From contig NIVC01001368.1 in NCBI GenBank assembly GCA_002269645.1, positions 182,380 through 246,379 of the forward strand: 64,000 nt of DNA. Direction: 5' to 3'. The notes beneath the pieces are model-generated. The model was not told where the DNA came from, searched no databases, and was given only the letters and a program-made list of their open reading frames with translations. Below, one piece after another: positions 56,601-64,000 of this stretch (position 1 is its first letter; every line of letters begins with the position of its first letter). Both the position numbers and the translations under genes were made by a program. The DNA is from Macrostomum lignano. Taxonomy: Eukaryota.

Positions 56601-56845
56601 ATCAGGTAATACCGGATATGGCCGCAGCCAATGCCAGCGATGAGTTCTCGAGCATGGGCAACCTGGCCTCCATCGCTATGCGGCTGGACCGGCGCGCAGA
56701 CCAGGTGCGCGGTGAAATGGCGCAGAGCCTCGAGGACGCAGAGGCGAAGGCAAAATCCGCATTGTCTGCCAAGCTCGGCCGGCGGGCGGTTGAAGCTGCG
56801 GATGAGGCAGCGGCAACTGCCAGCAAGGGGAGGAGTTCACAGTGA
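53617..56845 (+). CDS. Pannexin/innexin-superfamily large-pore channel, 4 exons, with an in-frame TGA at 54507-54509
   Basis: Exons 53617-53776, 54400-54626, 54794-55557 and 56557-56845 with consistent phases. TM1 after FPIDRLINRL; EL1 KVTC...YAESY*Y; TM2 LPIVFIIQAGTVYLPYYVW; EL2 RFVC...FNCVL; TM4 TNMSLLAFCLL; YYISQLCYEN. AATAAA at ~56976. Confidence 0.72.
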
Positions 56846-57222
56846 TGACATGCCAGGACTCGCAAACTAACTGCATGGTATGAGCGTCTTTAGAGTGCAA
56901 GCGTCTGAGTCCACTGAATCTGGTTGTTCTCCTCACTTTTGCTTTGTGACACTGGTAACCAAGGGCAATTTACTCAATAAAATGTATTCGGCGACTGGCT
57001 TGACATTAATTAAATCTTGTCAATTTTCGCATGGCTATAACGCTATATTGGCGCAACGGCAGGTGAATGACAAAGTAACAGAGGCGGTAGTCAAATCTGA
57101 GTTTCAAAATGCGCAGCAGTGCGAAATGCAGCAACAAAGAGTTCCGACAGTTTCTATTTTAGAAAATAAAAAAGCGCAAATCCAGCTGCTCAGCCCAGCA
57201 AGATGTCAGCCCCTCATTTAAA

Positions 57223-60200
57223 TCAAAAGCCTCCGCAGCCGTGAGAATCTGCGAATCTGGCGTAGCTGGCCATGGCTGCGGCGGAGGTCCGCGGCCGGAC
57301 CCGGCCAGCCTCCAGCAGCTGCAGCGCCAGCTTCCAGCTCAGGCCAGTCAGACCGTTCTGGACGGACTCAGCTGCGGTCTCCGAGACCAGCGCCGTGAGC
57401 TCGGCACCGCTGAGGCCTTCAGTGCGGGCGGCCACCTCCGACATGGCCGCCGCGGCGTCTTCCTCGCAGCACTGAGGCAGTCGCGCGGATGCCACGGCGA
57501 GAATCCGCTGTCGGGAGGCTTCGTCGGGCAGCGGCACGAAGATGAGGCGGTCCAGGCGGCCGGGGCGCAGCAGCGCGGGGTCCACGCACTCCGGCCGGTT
57601 TGTGGCTGCCAGTACGAACAGCCGCGACCGTCCGGCCACGCCGTCCAGCAGCGTCAGCACCTCCGACAGCACGCGGTTGCCCACGCTGTCGCCGCCGGCG
57701 TCCGGCCCGCCGCCGCCGCGGGTCGGCAGAAGGGCGTCGACTTCGTCAAGGAACAGTACGGCAGGAGCCGCAGCCTGCGCCCGGGTCAGCAGCTCCCGGA
57801 TGGACCGCTCAGAATCGCCCACGTATCTGGGGATTGCGTGGGATGAGGGGATCAAGCTAGTGAGGGAAGTTGAACCGGCAAAAATATTTCTGAATATTGC
57901 AGCTTCAATGAGATGCTTGGGATCAGATTCCGTCAGTCTACCGCTACCTAACCACTAAATTAAGAAGACACATAAACCACCGCATTCAATATGGCTCGAG
58001 CCAATGGTTTACTTGAAGAATTAGGAAGTCAGAAGAAATGCGATAAAAAGTTTCTAATTTGCAGCTTATCAGTAGCAATTCCGCATCTGTCGCATGTTGA
58101 CAATTTAAAACAGCATAGGATTGGAACTCACCTCGAGTAGACATCAGCGCACTGCACGGCAATAAAGGGCAGGCCGCACTCGGTGGCCACAGCCTTGGCC
58201 ATCATGGTCTTGCAGCAGCCGGGCGGCCCGTACAGCAGCATCCCAGCAGGGGGCCGCACGCCGAACTTGGCGAACCGGTCTGGCTCCAGCAGCGGCGCCA
58301 GCACGCGGTCCCGCAGCAGCTGCTTCAGCTTGTCCAGCCCGCCGATGTCGTCCCAGGAGACGCGATCGGCGCTGGTGAGCAGTGCCTGGACTCCCGAGGG
58401 ACGGAAGCTGCGCAGAGCCTCATCGAAGTCGCGACGCTCCAAGCGCTGGCGGCCGGCTGTGCGGCTGACGTGCACGGCTGAGGGATTGGCGGGGCTGGGC
58501 CGTATTAGCCAATCACGGCTGAGGGATTGGCGGGGGCTGGGCCGTATTAGCCAATCACGGCTGAGGGATTGGCGGGGGCTGGGCCGTATTAGCCAGTCAC
58601 GGCTGAGGGATTGACGGGGGCTGGGCCGTATTAGCCAATCACGGCTGAGGGATTGGCGGGGGCTGGGCCGTATTAGCCAATCACGGCTGAGGGATTGGCG
58701 AGGGCTGGGCCGTATTAGCCAGTCACGGCTGAGGGATTGACGGGGGCTGGGCCGTATTAGCCAATCACGGCTGAGGGATTGGCGGGGCTGGGCCGTATTA
58801 GCCAATCACGGCTGAGGGATTGGCGGGGGCTGGGCCGTATTAGCCAATCACGGCTGAGGGATAGGCGGGGGCTGGGCCGTATTAGCCAATCAGGTCGTCA
58901 AACAGTGCGTCAAGAGTCAAGAGAGATGCTCTGTGCTCTGAGAAGATGCAAATATTGGCCTTTTGCCAAAAAGGAGACAAATGAGGAAAACCACATGCCA
59001 ATGGAAAATAATTCAAGGCAAATTTCCTACTTTAAGCATTTAATTACGTATTTATGCTCTTAGAGGCATAACGAAATGATCCTTTCTGTTGCTGTCAATG
59101 AAATGCTTCATTCAACCGCTTGCCATCAGCGAGGAGACACTAGGGAACTTGCAGAACTCACCCAGCTTGCACAAGCTGATCAGCTCAGATGCCGAGTAGC
59201 CGTGCACACGGGCAGCAAACTGGCGCACCAGGCCCGAGTCAGATGGCCGCATCGGCTCCGGCAGCCGGTTGAGCTGCCGCTCCATCAGCTGCAAAAGCAG
59301 GGAGGCGAGATCAGCTCACCTATACAGTAGGTGTGGCGAGATCAGCTCACCTATACAGTAGGTGTGGCGAGATCAGCTCACCTATACAGTAGGTGTGGCG
59401 AGATCAGCTCACCTATACAGTAGGTGTGGCGAGATCAGCTCACCTATGCAGTAGGTGTGGCGAGATCAGCTCACCTATACAGTAGGTGTGGCGAGATCAG
59501 CTCACCTATACAGTAGGTGTGGCGAGATCAGCTCACCTATACAGTAGGTGTGGCGAGATCAGCTCACCTATACAGTAGGTGTGGCGAGATCAGCTCACCT
59601 ATGCAGTAGGTGTGGCGAGATCAGCTCACCTATACAGTAGGTGTGGCGAGATCAGCTCACCTATACAGTAGGTATGGCGAGATCAGCTCACCTATACAGT
59701 AGGTGTGGCGAGATCAGCTCACCTATACAGTAGGTGTGGCGAGATCAGCTCACCTATACAGTAGGTGTGGCGAGATCAGCTCACCTATACAGTAGGTGTG
59801 GCGAGATCAGCTCACCTATACAGTAGGTGTGGCGAGATCAGCTCACCTATACAGTAGGTGTGGCGAGATCAGCTCACATATACAGTAGGTGTGGCGAGAT
59901 CAGCTCACCTATACAGTAGGTGTGGCGAGATCAGCTCACCTATACAGTAGGTGTGGCGAGATCAGCTCACCTATACGAGCCCCTCGTACAGTAGGTGTGG
60001 CGATATCAGCTCGTTTATAAAGGTGTGGGTTTAACCAGTTCAACACTCAGGTCTCGTGTCACACTACTGCCAGTAGGCAGAGCAGGGCGTCAGCGACTCA
60101 CCCTGGCCTTGGCCTCGCCTGTGGGCAGCGGCACAAGGATGCGCAGCTGGAAGAGGCTGCGCAGCCTCTCATTCAGACTCTTCAGATCGCTGCCGGTGGC

Positions 60201-63200
60201 AAGCAGCAGAAGGCGGCCGCTGGAGTTCAGCTGCTCCAGCTCTGACGCCAGCACCTGCCTCAGGCGGTTGTCAACGCCGGTGCTGCCGGCCCTGGCCTCG
60301 CCGAACTGCTCGTCAATGTCCTCAATAAGCAGGCAGGTGCTGCCGCTGAAGGCAGTTGGTTAACGGGAAAGGTTTAAAAGTATCTTTAATAGAAGCATCT
60401 GAGAACTTGAGGCCTTGACAGAGCGGCTCCACAGACCACAGTCTCTTGTGCCAGTGGACCTAGGCTCCTGTGTGCAGTGGACCTAGGCTCCTGTGTGCAG
60501 TGGACCTAGGCTCCTGTGTGCAGTGGACCTAGGCTCCTGTGTGCAGTGGACCTAGGCTCCTGTGTGCAGTGGACCTAGGCTCCTGTGTGCAGTGGACCTA
60601 GGCTCCTGTGTGCAGTGGACCTAGGCTCCTGTGTGCAGTGGACCTAGGCTCCTGTGTGCAGTGGACCTAGGCTCCTGTGTGCAGTGGACCTAGGCTCCTG
60701 TGTGCAGTGGACCTAGGCTCCTGTGTGCAGTGGACCTAGGCTCCTGTGTGCAGTGGACCTAGGCTCCTGTGTGCAGTGGACCTAGGCTCCTGTGTGCAGT
60801 GGACCTAGGCTCCTGTGTGCAGTGGACCTAGGCTCCTGTGTGCAGTGGACCTAGGCTCCTGTGTGCAGTGGACCTAGGCTCCTGTGTGCAGTGGACCTAG
60901 GCTCCTGTGTGCAGTGAACCTAGGCTCCTGTGTGCAGTGAACCTAGGCTCCTGTGTGCAGTGGACCTAGGCTCCTGTGTGCAGTGGACCTAGGCTTCTGT
61001 GTGCAGTGGACCTAGGCTCCTGTGTGCAGTGGACCTAGGCTCCTGTGTGCAGTGGACCTAGGCTCCTGTGTGCAGTGAACCTAGGCTCCTGTGTGCAGTG
61101 GACCTAGGCTCCTGTGTGCAGTGGACCTAGGCTCCTGTGTGCAGTGGACCTAGGCTCCTGTGTGCAGTGGACCTAGGCTCCTGTGTGCAGTGGACCTAGG
61201 CTCCTGTGTGCAGTGGACCTAGGCTTCTGTGTGCAGTGGACCTAGGCTCCTGTGTGCAGTGGACCTAGGCTCCTGTGTGCAGTGAACCTAGGCTCCTGTG
61301 TGCAGTGGACCTAGGCTCCTGTGTGCAGTGGACCTAGGCTCCTGTGTGCAGTGGACCTAGGCTCCTGTGTGCAGTGGACCTAGGCTCCTGTGTGCAGTGG
61401 ACCTAGGCTCCTGTGTGCAGTGGACCTAGGCTCCTGTGTGCAGTGGACCTAGGCTCCTGTGTGCAGTGGACCTAGGCTCCTGTGTGCAGGCCAAACGCCG
61501 AGGCGCAGTTCAAGTGCATATCTTACAAGATGGGAGCGGCTGCACGCCTTATGTGAGTTCATGTGCAGCCAAGGACCACTAGTAAAACGACACATTTCAA
61601 ATTCATTACAAGACTAATTTTACTGAAACTGAGAGGATAGAAATCGCTTAGTGTTTTAGCACTAAATTGGCAATCTCTTATCACATGGGCCTCTGAAAAG
61701 TTTTCTGTAAAACTCCCCAACTATTGAAATTCATTTGAGGGCCAGATTTCAAACATAATGTATTTAGGGTGCCCGCAGCCACTTTCCATCACAGCGCAGA
61801 GCAGGTGCACGTACCTGGCAGCGGCTTGTTTCAGAGTAGAGCTCAGATTGGCCTCAGCCTGGCCCAGGTAGCGGCCGAGCAGGCAGTTGCGGTCCAGGCG
61901 CACCAGCGGGCAGCGGAGACGCCGGCAGACACTGGCAGCCAGACTGGCCTTGCCGCAGCCGCGGGGCCCGCACAGGAAAACTCCGGTGAAAGCAAAGCCG
62001 GTCGGGCTGCACAGCTCGGACACGAACTGCGCCACCGCGGCGCTGAGCTGCTCCTCTTGGCGCTCCAGGCCGAACAGCTCCGGCAGGTCATCGCTGCCCG
62101 CTGGCACCGGTGCGGTTGGGTCAGCATCCAGAGGCTCGAAATAGAGCCTGGTTGCGTCCACTATGCGATACGGCTGTCGGAAATCAGAGGCGGGTCGAAG
62201 CGACACGGCGAGCTGGCGATAGTCGGACAGGTCCAGACCGCCGGTGCCGCCTCCGCTGCTGGCAGCAGCATCCGCTGCGACCGCCCCACCTGTTCGAGGG
62301 GTCCGCCGACCTCGCTTGGGTGTCTCTGATGGCGTGTCCGGGCTTTGGGGTGGCGCCCGTGGGGAGGCCGTCTCGCTGCTGATGGAGCACTGAGCGGCCA
62401 GCGAGTTCGACAGGGAGAGCTCAGAGCCTTCAGCGGCCGCCACTGACGGAGGCGCGGGCGGCGGTGACGGGGAGATGCGGCAGAACCGCAGGGCCACCTC
62501 GGCCCCGAGAATGTTGAAGCTGTTCACGGTCCCATCCGACACGTAGCAGTTGCCTTGTTTAGACCAAGAAGGATTGGGTGCACTTGTTGAGCTGCATCAG
62601 CCTGCCGCAATCAGCTCTCAATCTACATCAGTCTGTATCAACTCCCTCCCTCTGGAATCAACTCTACTCTGCAATGGTTGTATTTACAGCTACCGTTCGA
62701 GCGGACCGCAGAGGACGGGTGGTAGAAGTTTGGGCACTGGACTGCTGAGAGCTTGCGAGTTTGATAGGAGAGAGAGAGCGGCGGTACACCGAGGCCGTAC
62801 AGAACACTGCAGCTGGAAGTGCGATGCGTGCCCTGAGCAGGCGTACTGACACTCTTCGCAGACATGAGTGGATGGGCTGAGAGCGTACTGAGACACTCTT
62901 CGCAGACATGAGTGGATGGGCTGAGAGCGTACTGACACTCTTCGCAGACATGAGTGGATGGCTGAGAGCGTACTGACACTCTTCGCAGACATGAGTGGAT
63001 GGGCTGAGAGCGTACTGACACTCTTCGCAGACATGAGTGGATGGGCTGAGAGCGTACTGACACTCTTCGCAGACATGAGTGGATGGGCTGAGAGCGTACT
63101 GACACTCTTCGCAGACATGAGTGGATGGGCTGAGAGCGTACTGACACTCTTCGCAGACATGAGTGGATGGGCTGAGAGCGTACTGACACTCTTCGCAGAC

Positions 63201-64000
63201 ATGAGTGAAGACTTCGACGTGAGAAACGGATTTCAAAGAAGTCAGTCAGAAAAAGTAAATACCGAGCAAATATTTTATCTTTCAGACCATGCGCTCATGA
63301 CCGGCTGACTTCGCCTTGCTACAATATTTCAGTTCACGATATGTTTCAATTTGCTGTCACCAATCTTCACTTTACTTTAACAACTTAAGTACGCAAGGAC
63401 TAGAGGGAGAGACCAGGGAGCGCGAGAGCAGGGTGCGCACACAAATACTGCAGCACACGGTGGCGTGAGCAGGGGGAGGTTGGGTGGGGCTAAGCCACAC
63501 AGGACTGGGGGTGGGGGGCAAACTTACAGAGTTGAAGGGCGAGTGAGAAAGAAGAGGGTAAGGCTAGCCAATCAGGGGCCTCCGCGGCGAGAGACATGAT
63601 TGGACTGGCCCAAACGAGAGAGAAACGAAAAGGGACCGGCCAATGAAAATAGAAACTACGAGACAACTAAAAATGAAAACAAGAAAGGCGGCTTAATACA
63701 GGGGCAGACTAGAATGAGCAATGAGCAAGGAGAGGAGAGCTCAAAGGTTGGGCCTTATGAAGCTCACAGAACAGTCATATTGCTTTGCAATCGGCTCCCT
63801 CTGCATCACTCACGCAGCCTGTATTTCAGAATCCTGAGAAGCAGATCCCTGTTGGCTGGCATGGTCTCGCACTCGATGGCCACAGCTGCAGACTCGGCAG
63901 CAATGGGGGTCGATGAGATCGGAGAGAGCTGCAGCTCCTGTTCAGCTGCAGAGGCGGCAGAGTCGGCATCCAGGCAGAACCGCTGGCAGGTGGTCAGTGG
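57223..64000 (-). CDS. SPATA5/AFG2-family double-AAA ATPase (5' end beyond the window; one probable frameshift near 62530)
   Basis: Exons 57826-57223, 58477-58132, 59288-59162, 60345-60102, ~62600-61815, a possible exon ~62846-62690, and 64000-63814. D1: GPRGCGKA / CLLIEDID. D2: VSWDDIGGL..GMLLYGPPGCCKTMMAKAVATE..YVGDSER..LFLDEVD..AATNRPECVDPALLRPGRLDR. Confidence 0.85.
58473..58891 (-). repeat. 42-bp minisatellite, ~10 copies, each containing the 3' splice site plus the first 5 nt of the ATPase exon
   Basis: Minus-strand unit ...GCCAATCCCTCAG|CCGTGATTGGCTAATACGGCCCAGCCCCC. The terminal unit supplies the acceptor at 58478. Confidence 0.9.
59304..60010. repeat. 31-bp minisatellite (GGCGAGATCAGCTCACCTATACAGTAGGTGT), ~22 copies
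   Basis: Direct reading. On the gene strand each unit carries TATAG|GTGAG. Confidence 0.93.
60452..61488. repeat. 23-bp minisatellite (GTGCAGTGGACCTAGGCTCCTGT), ~45 nearly identical copies
   Basis: Direct reading. Confidence 0.95.
62842..63207. repeat. 42-bp minisatellite (GAGAGCGTACTGACACTCTTCGCAGACATGAGTGGATGGGCT), ~8.5 copies
   Basis: Direct reading; 14-aa periodicity in the ORF track. Confidence 0.92.

Noticed and set aside
56875-56910. ATGA...TGAG as a SECIS for the pannexin-like TGA
   Set aside because: Only ~22 nt lie between the putative quartet halves and there is no good upper stem. A computational scan is still needed.
59304-61488. CRISPR-like appearance of regular short repeats
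   Set aside because: Units are head-to-tail with no unique spacers, there are no cas genes, and the context is a eukaryotic intron.
62690-62849. Plus-strand exon-like segment (RTEHCSWKCDACPEQ)
   Set aside because: No partner exons or donor site. It is better explained as the antisense of a probable ATPase exon.

Overview
Eukaryotic (animal) genomic DNA with GC-rich exons, GT-AG introns and many intronic minisatellites. The style fits a flatworm such as Macrostomum, but this is inference only. Repeated 1-2 nt homopolymer-type frameshifts suggest either a long-read assembly with residual errors or decayed copies. Seven genes were reconstructed by hand: a tau/MAP2/MAP4-repeat gene (+, ~9.3-10.9 kb), a PPP1R16A/B (MYPT3/TIMAP) ankyrin-CaaX gene (+, 21.6-29.5 kb), NKAP (+, 30.8-32.3 kb), a 90-aa Cys-rich single-pass membrane microprotein (+, 39.8-40.1 kb), a 14-exon GABA-B-like class C GPCR with a very short tail (-, 40.8-52.6 kb), a pannexin/innexin-family channel with an in-frame TGA at a conserved Cys position (+, 53.6-56.8 kb), and a SPATA5/AFG2-type double-AAA ATPase (-, 57.2 kb to beyond the window end). 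Mobile DNA includes a 5.2-kb foldback element with ~507-bp inverted repeats and nested hairpins, two RT-RNase H non-LTR retrotransposons (one with a 13-bp TSD but no recognisable endonuclease), a tRNA-derived SINE with TSD, a Gypsy pol remnant, a solo-LTR-like insert and MITE-like elements. Best leads: the TGA-containing pannexin-like gene, the endonuclease-less retroelement, the foldback element, the splice-site-containing minisatellites and the microprotein.
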